Shown here in pieces: positions 8,807-18,381 of a stretch of 64,000 bases of DNA. How positions within the stretch are numbered: the first letter of the stretch is position 1; each line of letters starts with the position of its first letter. Both the position numbers and the translations under genes were made by a program. Origin of the DNA: Escherichia coli (lineage in GTDB: Bacteria; Pseudomonadota; Gammaproteobacteria; Enterobacterales; Enterobacteriaceae). The stretch lies in assembly GCF_024223415.1 (NCBI RefSeq), contig NZ_CP100500.1; one strand, given 5' to 3'. The notes beneath the pieces were generated by a model, which was given only the letters and a program-made list of their open reading frames with translations, made no database searches and was not told where the DNA came from.

Positions 8807-9310
8807 ATGAGCCACTTTAATGATTTATGCCAGATCAATCGTGAAGCTGAAGAAAAACGCGCTGAGGCAGCTCAAATTTTGCGGGATGAAGCGGCAAGGC
8901 TGATTGATTTCTATGAAGAATGGCTGGGGCTTCCATCCATGTACTGGGAAGACGATGATGGCGACCTGCACCGCTACGTGGAGACAGGCTTGCCATGTAA
9001 GACAGCGGCGGATTTTAGTCCTCTTTCAGTCCACAATATCGCATCTGCACCAGACAATATTTTCCGCATGGCCGTACGAACCTGGGTTAAGTCATCTGAC
9101 AGCAGCTACCCGGTAAGCGTGGTTATTGCACTTGAATTATATTCAGTAGATGCGGAACGGGTGTCTCTGAGAGTCCGGGTGGAAGACGATATTTCTGTTC
9201 GCGTATTTATCAATAAACCCAGCGAAGAAGCCTGGGGCGATGTTGTTATGCACATGAAAAAGCACATCGCTAATCACCTGAAAAAGCGAGCGCCATCAGC
9301 ACTTCGTTAA
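8807..9310 (+). CDS. hypothetical cargo protein (167 aa from the ATG with Shine-Dalgarno; track ORF begins at 8606)
   Basis: AGAGGA Shine-Dalgarno 7 nt before ATG at 8807; followed by hairpin terminator GGGGCATAAA/TTTATGCCCC. Confidence 0.5.
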   Translation: MSHFNDLCQINREAEEKRAEAAQILRDEAARLIDFYEEWLGLPSMYWEDDDGDLHRYVETGLPCKTAADFSPLSVHNIASAPDNIFRMAVRTWVKSSDSSYPVSVVIALELYSVDAERVSLRVRVEDDISVRVFINKPSEEAWGDVVMHMKKHIANHLKKRAPSALR

Positions 9311-9376
9311 GCAGAGCTGGAGAGTCGGGGCATAAATTTTTTATGCCCCGGCGAAGCAGCAGACAAGCGAAGCGCG

Positions 9377-10432
9377 TCAGGATATGGGCCGGGTGTCTAA
9401 CAGTGCGTAAGGGTTAAAACGGATCACCTCTTCGCCCAGCCAGTCGTTGACGTGTTTCATTGCTTCCATGACGGGCATCAGTTCGTTAATGGCAAACACA
9501 CGGGCTGCCTTCTCCACATCCCCGAATGACCCCTTCTCACCCGGCATGGCCCCCATCAGCTGAGGTGGCACGCGGTGCACAGCCAGCACGTCATCACGCG
9601 ATGCGGCCTTGACGTTCATGAACTCATCCTTTGCGGTGATTTGCTGAAACGGCAAAATCTGTACGCCATCCTTACCACCTCCCGCCGCGTGGATGAGCAG
9701 ATTTTTAAACGCCCCGCCACCACGCGCGCTTTGCAGCGTTTCCCGCAGTTTTTCCATGCTTTCACGGTCAACCTGCGCCGCACCGATGTAGACAATACAG
9801 CCCGCGTGTGAGCCGTTATCGTAGTAGAGCTTGCGGAAGATATCGGCGGAATGTGACAGGCTGGCAGACAGCAGGCCGCCCAGGTAATCCGGCATCCCGT
9901 AAATCTCCTGGTTGATATCAGGATTCATCAGGTGGCATATCGTCCCCTCACGAAAGCGGTACTCTTCCTGTCCTTCCTGTATATACCACCATGATTTCAT
10001 ATCGCTGCCACGTCGCATGTATTTCGCCAGCGCCCGGCGCAGGGCCAGCGGTTCGCCAAGCATGTTGCGCCGCAGCTCAAGACAGGCATTACCGAACACA
10101 AACCAGTCCATCGCCACCCCGGCGAACTCCTGGCGGGACAGCAGAGGATGTGGAATATAGCAGCCCAGCAGCACATTACGTTTGAAGCTGAGCGCCGACT
10201 GGTGCCAGGACGTCTGGCGGGCAGCCCGTGCCAGTCCGTACCAGTCAACGGGCGTTTCAAACCACCGCCCGTTGTCGGCGCAGTACATGCTGTCCAGCAG
10301 GTCGGCCCCTGACAGCCGGTAAGGTCCTTCAAACGTGAAGGCACTCAGTGTCGGGTCGCTTCGCAGGGAATCCGCAAGGCTGCCCTGCGCTGCGCGGGCG
10401 TTCGTACGTCGTTGTTTATTTTTTCTGCTCAT
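9377..10432 (-). CDS. portal protein (P2 gpQ-like, 351 aa)
   Basis: Size and position immediately downstream of the terminase ATPase gene on the same strand, as in the P2 PQ operon. Confidence 0.75.
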   Translation of the reverse strand: MSRKNKQRRTNARAAQGSLADSLRSDPTLSAFTFEGPYRLSGADLLDSMYCADNGRWFETPVDWYGLARAARQTSWHQSALSFKRNVLLGCYIPHPLLSRQEFAGVAMDWFVFGNACLELRRNMLGEPLALRRALAKYMRRGSDMKSWWYIQEGQEEYRFREGTICHLMNPDINQEIYGMPDYLGGLLSASLSHSADIFRKLYYDNGSHAGCIVYIGAAQVDRESMEKLRETLQSARGGGAFKNLLIHAAGGGKDGVQILPFQQITAKDEFMNVKAASRDDVLAVHRVPPQLMGAMPGEKGSFGDVEKAARVFAINELMPVMEAMKHVNDWLGEEVIRFNPYALLDTRPIS

Positions 10433-12183
10433 CAGAACTCCGTAACACTGAAGGGGGCGGCATCATGTTCACCGCCGACAGGTTCGTTGATAACGGCCAG
10501 CATGGTGGCCCATGCAAGATCGCCATGGCTTACGCCTCTTGCGCGATCTGTTTCGTAGGTGATAAATCCGGCCTGCGTTTTTGTTTTGCGTACCGCGTTA
10601 AAGGCGCTCACCAGTTCGCGCTCGCTGCGGTCGTACTCCCACCGCCCGGCGCGCATGAGCTGCAGCATCTTCAGAACCAGCGTGCGCTTTGATGACAGGG
10701 TGAAGGTGTAGGGAATGGCTGCCGGAAAAAAGCGCTTCACAATCTGATACACCGCATCCCCGTGACCGCCGGTTACGTCAATACCGATATGCTCAACGTT
10801 ATAGCGAAAGGTGAACTCTTCAATGACCTTCGCCTGCGCCTCAAACTCCAGCCCCTGCACCCGCCGCGTCTCCACGGTGCGAAAACGCCCGCCCGGTACG
10901 GCTGGCGGCACCACCACGACAACCGCCCCGCTGTCACCGTTCCCGCTACTGCCGTTGGCGTCGTACCCAATCCACACAGGGCGGTTCCCCATCGGACGCG
11001 GTGCAAACGGCTTCCAGTCCGGCCACTCGTCGTATCCGTCAACACCGCAGCCAATCAGGATATTCAGGTTAAATGCCGATTCCCCTTCGCGAGCAAATTC
11101 ACACATGTAGAGATTGCGGAACTCGTCTTCAGTGTTATTGCGCCGGATTTTGTCAATGTTGGTTAACGTCCATCCCTGACTGACCACATCTTCCAGCGTC
11201 ACAATTTGCCGCCAGATATAGTCAGGACAGATAAGGCCGTTATGAAGCGCATTCCAGCTCACATCAAAATGCTGACGTTTATGAGTACGAAGCCCTTCAT
11301 TCCAGTGATCGCCGTTCCAGTATGCATACGCCTCATGTGTTTCACTTGATGGCGTGGAAAAATAGGTACACCGCAAACCATCCAGCGTTGCCATAGCAGC
11401 AGCCACCTTGCGCAGCTCTGCGAAACGCCCCGTCCAGAAAAACTCATCAAAATACAGATTCCCTGTGTACGCTTGCGCGGTGGCCGCAGAAGTGCCGAGA
11501 AAATGCAGCTCTGCACCGTTGGAGAGGATGACTTTATCGCCCCCTTTCAGTTCCACATCAACTTCAGATGCAGCCTTCTGAATAATGCTTTTAAACTGGA
11601 GCGCCTGACGACGAGACGCAGACAAAAAAATCTGGTTACGCTGGTAAGGTTGTGCCACATCGTCACGCAGCGCCATCAGCAGCGCTTCCTGCGCAAAATA
11701 CCAGGTCGCCCCAATCTGGCGGGATTTCAGGATCATCCTGTCAGTAATTCCGGCACGCTCACAGGCACCGATAGCATCAAGCCATTTGCGCTGGTGTCCG
11801 GCCAGCCTGTCGGTAATTTTTTCCCGCAGCGCCGCGATCTGTTCCGGCGTGAAATGATTTTTGCGTTTTTTCGCCCGGCCTTTCTTTCCTGTTGCCGTCT
11901 CATCCGGCAGACCGTCATGCAGCTTTTTAAGCTGACGGGTCAGCAAATCAATTTCCTTAAAGTCCCCGCCTGTTTTATTCTGTTTTTCCGTGAGCTGAAT
12001 GAGTCGCGCATCCATGGACTGCGTGACACGCTGAACCGGGGGCGTCTCATCCCACTGGTCGCGTTTTTTCCACGAATGGATCGTGTTCTGGTTGATACCC
12101 ATAAGGCGGCAAATTTCCGCAACAGGGTAACCCTGCCAGTACAGCTGGCGTGCCCGCTGGCGAACAAATGTATCCTGAATCAT
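10432..12183 (-). CDS. terminase large (ATPase) subunit (P2 gpP-like, 583 aa)
   Basis: Walker-A-like LKSRQIGATWYFAQEAL and size; divergent from the scaffold/capsid operon. Confidence 0.85.
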   Translation of the reverse strand: MIQDTFVRQRARQLYWQGYPVAEICRLMGINQNTIHSWKKRDQWDETPPVQRVTQSMDARLIQLTEKQNKTGGDFKEIDLLTRQLKKLHDGLPDETATGKKGRAKKRKNHFTPEQIAALREKITDRLAGHQRKWLDAIGACERAGITDRMILKSRQIGATWYFAQEALLMALRDDVAQPYQRNQIFLSASRRQALQFKSIIQKAASEVDVELKGGDKVILSNGAELHFLGTSAATAQAYTGNLYFDEFFWTGRFAELRKVAAAMATLDGLRCTYFSTPSSETHEAYAYWNGDHWNEGLRTHKRQHFDVSWNALHNGLICPDYIWRQIVTLEDVVSQGWTLTNIDKIRRNNTEDEFRNLYMCEFAREGESAFNLNILIGCGVDGYDEWPDWKPFAPRPMGNRPVWIGYDANGSSGNGDSGAVVVVVPPAVPGGRFRTVETRRVQGLEFEAQAKVIEEFTFRYNVEHIGIDVTGGHGDAVYQIVKRFFPAAIPYTFTLSSKRTLVLKMLQLMRAGRWEYDRSERELVSAFNAVRKTKTQAGFITYETDRARGVSHGDLAWATMLAVINEPVGGEHDAAPFSVTEF

Positions 12184-12248
12184 TTCTCCCCCTCATGTGA
12201 TTCAGGCAGTTTACTCACCCCTTACAGGCCTCCTGCCATGCCCGGTGT

Positions 12249-12266
12249 TGTCGGCATTCGCTTACA
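12249..12266. promoter_or_regulatory. TGT-N12-ACA dyad (Ogr/Delta-type late activator site) between divergent P and O genes
   Basis: TGTcggcattcgcttACA lies between the terminase and scaffold genes, about 55 bp from plausible start sites on both strands. Confidence 0.4.
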
Positions 12267-12337
12267 ACAAACGCACTTTGTCTGTCCCTGCCCCGTTTTG
12301 CCATCATGAGACAAACGATCATCACGAGGGCCCGACA

Positions 12338-13174
12338 ATGCCTGAACAGAAAAAAACATCCCGTAAAACATTCCGCGTGGCCGTTTCCGGTCCCACCGCA
12401 GACGGTCGCGAAATCAGCGCCGCAGATTTGCGCGCGGCGGCCAGTAACTTCAACCCTGAGATTTACGGCGCACGCGTGAACGTGGAGCACTGGCTTTCAC
12501 CGGTTCCGTCCAGTGAATTTTCCGCCATGGGTGATGTGACGGCACTGAGCACAGAAGAAATCACCGAAGGTCCGCTGGCCGGTCGTACTGCGCTGTATGC
12601 GGAAATCGAACCCACCGACCGCATGAAAAATCTGGTCTCCCGGGGTAAGAAAATTTACTCCAGTATTGAGCTGGCACGAAATTTCACCCCTACGGGCACC
12701 CCGTATCTTATTGGCCTTGCCATGACAGACACCCCGGCAAGCATCGGCACGGAGCGTCTTCAGTTCGCCCTGCAGCAGCGCCGTTCGGTCATGACCTTCA
12801 ATAATCAGCAGACGGAAGCACCGATGTTCTCTGACGCCATTGAGGCTGAAGTGATCGAACTGACGGAGCGCCGCAGCGAGGAAGGTGCGCAGTGGTTTAA
12901 CCGCGTGATGAACATGATTGGGCGAGGACGCAGGGCTGACGACACCCGGTTCTCCCGCATTCATGACGCCGTTGAGGGGATAGCCTCATCGCATGCCGAC
13001 CTTCTCGACCGCTTCAGTGCACTGGAATCGCGCCATCAGGCAGACAGACAGAAAGTCGCCACCCTGTCCACTGAGCTGGCAGAGCTGAAAAACAGACTGC
13101 GCGGACTGGACGCTGATCAGCAAAGTCGTTTTACGGCAACCGGCGGGCAGTCCAGACAACTGGCTGACTACTGA
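12338..13174 (+). CDS. capsid scaffolding protein (P2 gpO-like)
   Basis: Position and size; start chosen at the ATG with upstream GAGGG. Confidence 0.7.
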   Translation: MPEQKKTSRKTFRVAVSGPTADGREISAADLRAAASNFNPEIYGARVNVEHWLSPVPSSEFSAMGDVTALSTEEITEGPLAGRTALYAEIEPTDRMKNLVSRGKKIYSSIELARNFTPTGTPYLIGLAMTDTPASIGTERLQFALQQRRSVMTFNNQQTEAPMFSDAIEAEVIELTERRSEEGAQWFNRVMNMIGRGRRADDTRFSRIHDAVEGIASSHADLLDRFSALESRHQADRQKVATLSTELAELKNRLRGLDADQQSRFTATGGQSRQLADY

Positions 13175-13202
13175 CAGAAATAACCACAAGAGGTGATAAC
13201 CG

Positions 13203-14342
13203 ATGAATCTGATCATGAGCGATGCCGCGCGGGCCGAGCTTTTTGCTTACCAGGCACAACAGGCGGAGATGAATAACATCACGATATCTGCGCTCTCCTC
13301 CCGCTTTTCGGTACAACCGGCAGTGCAGCAGAGATTTGAAAACGCATCAAAGGAAAGCCATGATTTTCTTCAGAAAGTCAACAGCATTGGTGTGACAGAG
13401 CAGAAAGGTGAAAAGGTACTCCTGGACACCACCGGGCCGGTTGCGCGCACGAACAGCAGTTATGACGGCACAAATCGTCGTAACCCGCTGAATGTGGTGG
13501 ACATGAAAGCGCGACGCTATGAGTGCGAGCAGGTGAACTACGACACCTTCATCTCCTACCCTCAGCTTGACATGTGGGCCGGACACCCTGACTTCCAGCT
13601 GCGTGTGAGTCGCCAGATTGCCAGACAGGTGGCACTTGATCGCATCATGACAGGTTTTAACGGTACGCACCATGCGGAAGTCTCGGATATAAAAAAACAC
13701 CCGCGACTTGAGGACGTCAATAAGGGGTGGCTGCAGGATATCAGGGACCAGGCCCCGCAACGCGTCATGAAAGACGTGATGCTGACTGCGCGCAATATGG
13801 ACAATTCGGTGGCATACACCGGCAGATACGCCAATCCCGATGCACTGATCCAGGATGCACGCTCATCCCTGCTTGACGAATGGCACAAGGACGCAGACGA
13901 CCTCGTTGTCATCATGGGGCGAAACCTCTTTAACTCCCTGCGCCTGCCGGTCCTGAACAGTATCAGCATGCAGAATCCGAATGCCGAACTGCTTGCCGGA
14001 CAGCTCATTGTGTCAACGCGGACCATTGGCGGCCTTGATGTGTACCTTGCGCCATTTTTCCCGGCTCAGTCAATACTCATCACCTCATTCAGCAACCTGT
14101 CGGTTTACTGGCAGAAGGGGTCCATGCGTCGTCTCATGAAGGATGAGCCCGAATACAACCGTATCGCCATCTATCAGTCCGTTAACGACTGCTATGTGGT
14201 TGAGGACCATGGTAAGTGCGCACTGATTGAGAATATCAGCTTTGCCGAATATGACCATGACGCGCCGGACTGGTACCGGGACGCCACAAAAGCACTGTCA
14301 GCGCAGGCTGAAGACAGGGATGCAGGGGAAGAGGAGGATTAA
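13203..14342 (+). CDS. major capsid protein (P2 gpN-like, 379 aa)
   Basis: Position after scaffold gene; AAGAGGTGA Shine-Dalgarno. Confidence 0.75.
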   Translation: MNLIMSDAARAELFAYQAQQAEMNNITISALSSRFSVQPAVQQRFENASKESHDFLQKVNSIGVTEQKGEKVLLDTTGPVARTNSSYDGTNRRNPLNVVDMKARRYECEQVNYDTFISYPQLDMWAGHPDFQLRVSRQIARQVALDRIMTGFNGTHHAEVSDIKKHPRLEDVNKGWLQDIRDQAPQRVMKDVMLTARNMDNSVAYTGRYANPDALIQDARSSLLDEWHKDADDLVVIMGRNLFNSLRLPVLNSISMQNPNAELLAGQLIVSTRTIGGLDVYLAPFFPAQSILITSFSNLSVYWQKGSMRRLMKDEPEYNRIAIYQSVNDCYVVEDHGKCALIENISFAEYDHDAPDWYRDATKALSAQAEDRDAGEEED

Positions 14343-14344
14343 CC

Positions 14345-15127
14345 ATGCTGACACCGGCACAGGCTCATTTCCAGCGCGTGATGGCTTTACGGGCAGGAAC
14401 GGCAGCAGAAAACGAGGATATCGTGGCCCGCACGGCTCATGAGCAGGTCCTTCACCGTCTGCGCCTGGCACAGCAACGCATAAAGGGCGTCCAGGCAAAA
14501 GCGGCAAAGGCCGCGCTCAAGCGTGAAATGCTGCCGGGTTTTGCAGGCTGGATAGACGGCACGCTGGAAGCCGACGGCGGACAGCAGGATGAGGTGATAG
14601 CCACACTCATGGTGTGGGCCGTGGACTGTGGCGACCTGGCGCTTGCACTGCGCATCGGGGATTATGTGGTTCGCCACAACCTCACGATGCCTGACAACTT
14701 CGGGCGTACGGCAGCCACGGTACTGACCGAGGAAATCTGCAACCCTGTTCTGACACAGGCCGGAACGGATGCACACGCCGATTTGTCCGGCTACATCGAA
14801 CCGCTGGACACCCTCTGGCAAATTGTCGCGAACCGGGACATGCCCGATGAGGTCCGCGCCAAGCTGTGCAAGGCATGCGCCTTTGCCCGTCGTGGCCTGA
14901 CCGATGCCGACAGCATGGCGGTGAGTCTGAAGCTGTTCCGTGAGGCAATGCACCTTAACCCGAATGCGGGGGTAAAACGTGAGATTGCCACGCTTTCACG
15001 GGCCCTGAAAAAGGCCGGACAGGATGAAGCCGCTGCCGCACAGGAGCCTGCGGCACAGAAAGATACAACCAGAGAACAGACCACGACGCCGAAGGCGAAA
15101 GCGAAAGCGAAGGCGAAACGTGGTTAA
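14345..15127 (+). CDS. terminase small/endonuclease subunit (P2 gpM-like, 260 aa)
   Basis: Position; GAGGAGG Shine-Dalgarno; Ala/Lys-rich C-terminus. Confidence 0.65.
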   Translation: MLTPAQAHFQRVMALRAGTAAENEDIVARTAHEQVLHRLRLAQQRIKGVQAKAAKAALKREMLPGFAGWIDGTLEADGGQQDEVIATLMVWAVDCGDLALALRIGDYVVRHNLTMPDNFGRTAATVLTEEICNPVLTQAGTDAHADLSGYIEPLDTLWQIVANRDMPDEVRAKLCKACAFARRGLTDADSMAVSLKLFREAMHLNPNAGVKREIATLSRALKKAGQDEAAAAQEPAAQKDTTREQTTTPKAKAKAKAKRG

Positions 15128-15229
15128 CGGCTGACCCCGTCAGAAGGCGGCGTGCCGGGCGTTCCGGTTACGGTTTTCCGTTCCCCTTACACCCGGCACC
15201 CACCGCTTTTTTTTCTGAAGGAGCGATTT

Positions 15230-15724
15230 ATGAGCATGGTCGCAAGACCGGAAGCCGCCCCTGCGCGGGACGACATCACCGACACCGACGACGGCGACGC
15301 CACCATCACCGCCGGGGCATTCTGGCCGGAGATTGTGCTGCGGGAGCTGCGCCTTGCAGTACGCCTGCCGGGCCGCATCACCTCCACACGTCTGGCGCAC
15401 GTTGCCACGGGAGCCGTGGCTCACGTCACGCGGGAGCTGGAAGAGTGGCAGCAGGCGCAAATCGCCGCAGGATTCAGCACGCTGACAGACGTACCTGCCG
15501 CCACCATCAACGGTGAGAGCGTCAACGCCTGGCATTACCGGCACGCCGTCTACAGCGCCACCCGTGCCCTGATTCTGGAGCGCTGGCGGGATGTGGACAC
15601 CACCGACAAGGGGGACCGCAGGGCTGACGCACTGGATGAGCAGGTGGAGGACCTGTGGCGCGACGTGCGCTGGGCGATTTCCGATATTCTCGGCTTTCCC
15701 CGTCTTTTTGTGGAGCTTGTGTGA
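15230..15724 (+). CDS. head completion/stabilisation protein (P2 gpL-like)
   Basis: Position; GAAGGAG Shine-Dalgarno before ATG at 15230. Confidence 0.6.
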   Translation: MSMVARPEAAPARDDITDTDDGDATITAGAFWPEIVLRELRLAVRLPGRITSTRLAHVATGAVAHVTRELEEWQQAQIAAGFSTLTDVPAATINGESVNAWHYRHAVYSATRALILERWRDVDTTDKGDRRADALDEQVEDLWRDVRWAISDILGFPRLFVELV

Positions 15725-15921
15725 TGAAAGTGAGGGCACTTCAGGGGGACACCGTGGATTTACTCTGTTTCCGGCACTACGGCACCACGCAGGGGGTGAC
15801 CGCACAGGTACTTGATGCCAATCCCGGGCTCTGCCGCCAGGTAATTCTGGAAGCGGGACAGGAGGTGGAGATGCCGGAGCCGGAAAGGAAACAGCAACGC
15901 GAAAAGGTAAAGCTATGGTGA
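15724..15921 (+). CDS. tail protein X (P2 gpX-like, 65 aa)
   Basis: MKVRALQGDTVDLLCFRHYG...ANPGL closely resembles the P2 gpX N-terminus; start overlaps the gpL stop. Confidence 0.7.
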   Translation: MKVRALQGDTVDLLCFRHYGTTQGVTAQVLDANPGLCRQVILEAGQEVEMPEPERKQQREKVKLW

Positions 15922-16205
15922 CGGGATTTTTTCAGCGCGTCAGTGACTGGATCACCTTCTGGGCGTCAGTGACGGCAACAACCATTGGTGTTATGACCAT
16001 CAGCGAAAAAATTGCGCTGGCCGGGCTGCTTCTGGGGTCACTTTCCGCCATCCATGCCTGGCGCCACCGCAGGCGTACGGAGCAGGCAATGAAGCGCCGC
16101 AATGACCTTATCGCCCGCATCCTGGCACGTTCAGAAAACCGCGAGCTTCACGACGGTGAGAGACGGGCACTGGACAGCGTGAGACAGGACGGAGAAGAGC
16201 GGTGA
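15915..16205 (+). CDS. holin candidate (96 aa)
   Basis: Hydrophobic segment WITFWASVTATTIGVMTISEKIALAGLLLGSL; immediately upstream of endolysin. Confidence 0.5.
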   Translation: MVTGFFQRVSDWITFWASVTATTIGVMTISEKIALAGLLLGSLSAIHAWRHRRRTEQAMKRRNDLIARILARSENRELHDGERRALDSVRQDGEER

Positions 16206-16747
16206 AGCTGCCGGTAAAACGTTATGCGGTGGCGGCCATTGTGGCGCTGGGCGTCTCCATGGCACCCGGTGAACTGAGAACCTCACGGGAAGCACAGATA
16301 AAAATCGCCACCCGGGAAGAGTGCCGGGCGACACCGTACCGTGATATTGCAGGAGTAATGACCGTGGGATGTGGTTCAACAGGGGGCGTGGAGAACCGGG
16401 TTTACGGAGAAAAGGAGGTGGCCCGCCGCTGGGTGAATGACCTGCGGCACGCGGAAAACTGTATCAACCAGAACTTCAGCGGTGCCGCCATGCCCCAGTC
16501 CGCCTTTGAGGCGATGACCGACGCGGCGTTCAACGTCGGCTGTACCGGCCTGATGTGGTACCGGGACAGGAGCGGCAACCGGCAGCGCACCACCATCTGG
16601 AAGCACGCACAGGCGCACCGCTGGGTGGCGATGTGCGGGAGACTGACCGATTTTGTCAACAGTGGCGGACGCCGCTCACAGGGGCTGGTTAACCGCCGGG
16701 AGGAGTTCAGACAGTGGTGTCTTCGCGACACGGGAGGCAGCACATGA
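16202..16747 (+). CDS. endolysin, lysozyme-like (P2 gpK-like, 181 aa, GTG start)
   Basis: Catalytic-region pattern EECRATPYRDIAGVMTVGCG typical of phage lysozymes; N-terminal hydrophobic anchor. Confidence 0.7.
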   Translation: MKLPVKRYAVAAIVALGVSMAPGELRTSREAQIKIATREECRATPYRDIAGVMTVGCGSTGGVENRVYGEKEVARRWVNDLRHAENCINQNFSGAAMPQSAFEAMTDAAFNVGCTGLMWYRDRSGNRQRTTIWKHAQAHRWVAMCGRLTDFVNSGGRRSQGLVNRREEFRQWCLRDTGGST

Positions 16748-17151
16748 GACCGGTTTACGCCGTGATTGTTGCCCTCATGGTGACCGCCCTGACGGCAGTG
16801 GCCATGTGGCAGTCATACCGGCTGGGGCGTGCCGGTGAGGCACGTGACGCCGCAGAGCAGCAGCTGGGCGAATACAGCCGTGCGCTGCGTGAATCCTCCG
16901 CCGTTATCAGCGATGCCTCCGCCGTACTGCATGAGGTGATGACGCAGCGACAGCAAAGGGCACAGGAAGGAGAAGTCAGACGTGAACAGCTTCGCGAAAT
17001 TACTGCGACGGATGAGTGCGCCCGCGCTCTTCCTGACCACCGTTTTACTGACCGGCTGCGCGAACACACGGAACGCGCCACTGCCCGCGCCCTCCTTCCG
17101 GTTCATTCCGGCGGGACTGACGACGGGAACACGGCCCCCGCCCTTCCCTGA
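16744..17151 (+). CDS. i-spanin (Rz/LysB-like)
   Basis: N-terminal TM helix (VYAVIVALMVTALTAVAMW) followed by helical charged region; start overlaps endolysin stop. Confidence 0.6.
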   Translation: MRPVYAVIVALMVTALTAVAMWQSYRLGRAGEARDAAEQQLGEYSRALRESSAVISDASAVLHEVMTQRQQRAQEGEVRREQLREITATDECARALPDHRFTDRLREHTERATARALLPVHSGGTDDGNTAPALP

Positions 17152-17296
17152 ACACCCCACCTGGGGAAATATCGGGATATGGAGCGACAGCCTCCTGGAT
17201 GCACTGGAAACCTGCAACGCAGACAAACAGGCCATTGAGGCGCTGGAGCGCCGGAGACTCAACCGACAGAACGGAGGGGGACATGCTGAAAAGTAA
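16982..17296 (+). CDS. o-spanin lipoprotein (Rz1/LysC-like, 104 aa)
   Basis: Signal peptide with lipobox LLTGC, Pro-rich; overlaps the i-spanin gene in another frame. Confidence 0.65.
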   Translation: MNSFAKLLRRMSAPALFLTTVLLTGCANTRNAPLPAPSFRFIPAGLTTGTRPPPFPEHPTWGNIGIWSDSLLDALETCNADKQAIEALERRRLNRQNGGGHAEK

Positions 17297-17747
17297 ATCC
17301 CTGAGCACACACATGAGTACAGCGTGCCGGTGGTGCAGGGCCAACCCGGAAAAGTTCACCGTGTTCATTGAACGTGGCGGGATAGAGACCACCGGCGAGA
17401 CGCCGACGTTCGTGTACAACTACCGGCTCGTGATGTTCGTCATGGACTACACGGGCGACCTGGACGACCTGACGCTGCCGCTGATTGTCTGGCTGGCAGA
17501 GAACCAGCCGCAGTTGCTGCTTAATCCTGAGCGCAACGGCGATATTCAGTTCACGGCGGCCATTAACGACGACGACAGTGCGGACGTGCTTTTTGAGGTG
17601 CCGCTGCGCGAGCGCGTGCGCGTCACCCGCAGGGATGACGGCACCCTCACAACGGAACATCTGCCGGAGCCGAAATCGCGCATCCCGCAGGACGGCGACT
17701 GGTCGCACATTCTGGAGGATGTGACGTGGGAGGTGACCGGTGACTGA
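17283..17747 (+). CDS. tail completion protein (P2 gpR-like)
   Basis: Position and size (about 154 aa). Confidence 0.55.
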   Translation: MLKSKSLSTHMSTACRWCRANPEKFTVFIERGGIETTGETPTFVYNYRLVMFVMDYTGDLDDLTLPLIVWLAENQPQLLLNPERNGDIQFTAAINDDDSADVLFEVPLRERVRVTRRDDGTLTTEHLPEPKSRIPQDGDWSHILEDVTWEVTGD

Positions 17748-18381
17748 CAGGGCTTTCACTGAACTGGACCGCACAATGCGGACCATCAGCAGCGGACTTT
17801 CCCCGCAGGCACTGAGCCGCATTGCCGGACAGCTTGCCAGAGAGCTTCGCCGCAGCCAGCAACAGCGTATGCGCGCACAGAAAGCGCCGGACGGTACACA
17901 GTGGGAGCCGCGCAGACGGCGCATCAGCCGCCTGCAGCAGCGTATCCGCTTCATCCGGAACAACGAAACCCGCACGCTGAAAAACTGGCATCACGACGTG
18001 AGCAGACACGGACGCACCATCACCGGCTGGGATGAGGATAAGGGAGGCCTGCGCACCTTCTACCGGGAGGATATCACCCGTTATCTTGAAATCAGCACCC
18101 GGCGCATCAGCCGCAACGCCACAAAGACCGTACCGATGTTTGCGAAGCTGCGCACGGCACGCTACCTGAAAGCCAGAGGCGATGCGGGCGGTCTGACCGT
18201 CGGTTATGACGGCGTGGCGGCACGCATTGCCCGCGTTCACCAGTTCGGGGAGCGCGACCGGGTGGCCGCAGGGGTGTATACGGATTATCCGGCCCGTGAA
18301 CTTCTTGGAATAACACCGGCAGATGAACGGCTGATTGCCGACAGGCTACTGAACCGCATTGCGGGAGAAATATCATCATGA
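17740..18381 (+). CDS. tail completion protein (P2 gpS-like)
   Basis: Position; overlapping start/stop with neighbours. Confidence 0.55.
   Translation: MTDRAFTELDRTMRTISSGLSPQALSRIAGQLARELRRSQQQRMRAQKAPDGTQWEPRRRRISRLQQRIRFIRNNETRTLKNWHHDVSRHGRTITGWDEDKGGLRTFYREDITRYLEISTRRISRNATKTVPMFAKLRTARYLKARGDAGGLTVGYDGVAARIARVHQFGERDRVAAGVYTDYPARELLGITPADERLIADRLLNRIAGEISS

Noticed and set aside
1-9400. LexA (SOS) box upstream of a Tum-like antirepressor, as in phage 186
   Set aside because: Could not find a CTGT-N8-ACAG match in the promoter regions I inspected; not claimed.
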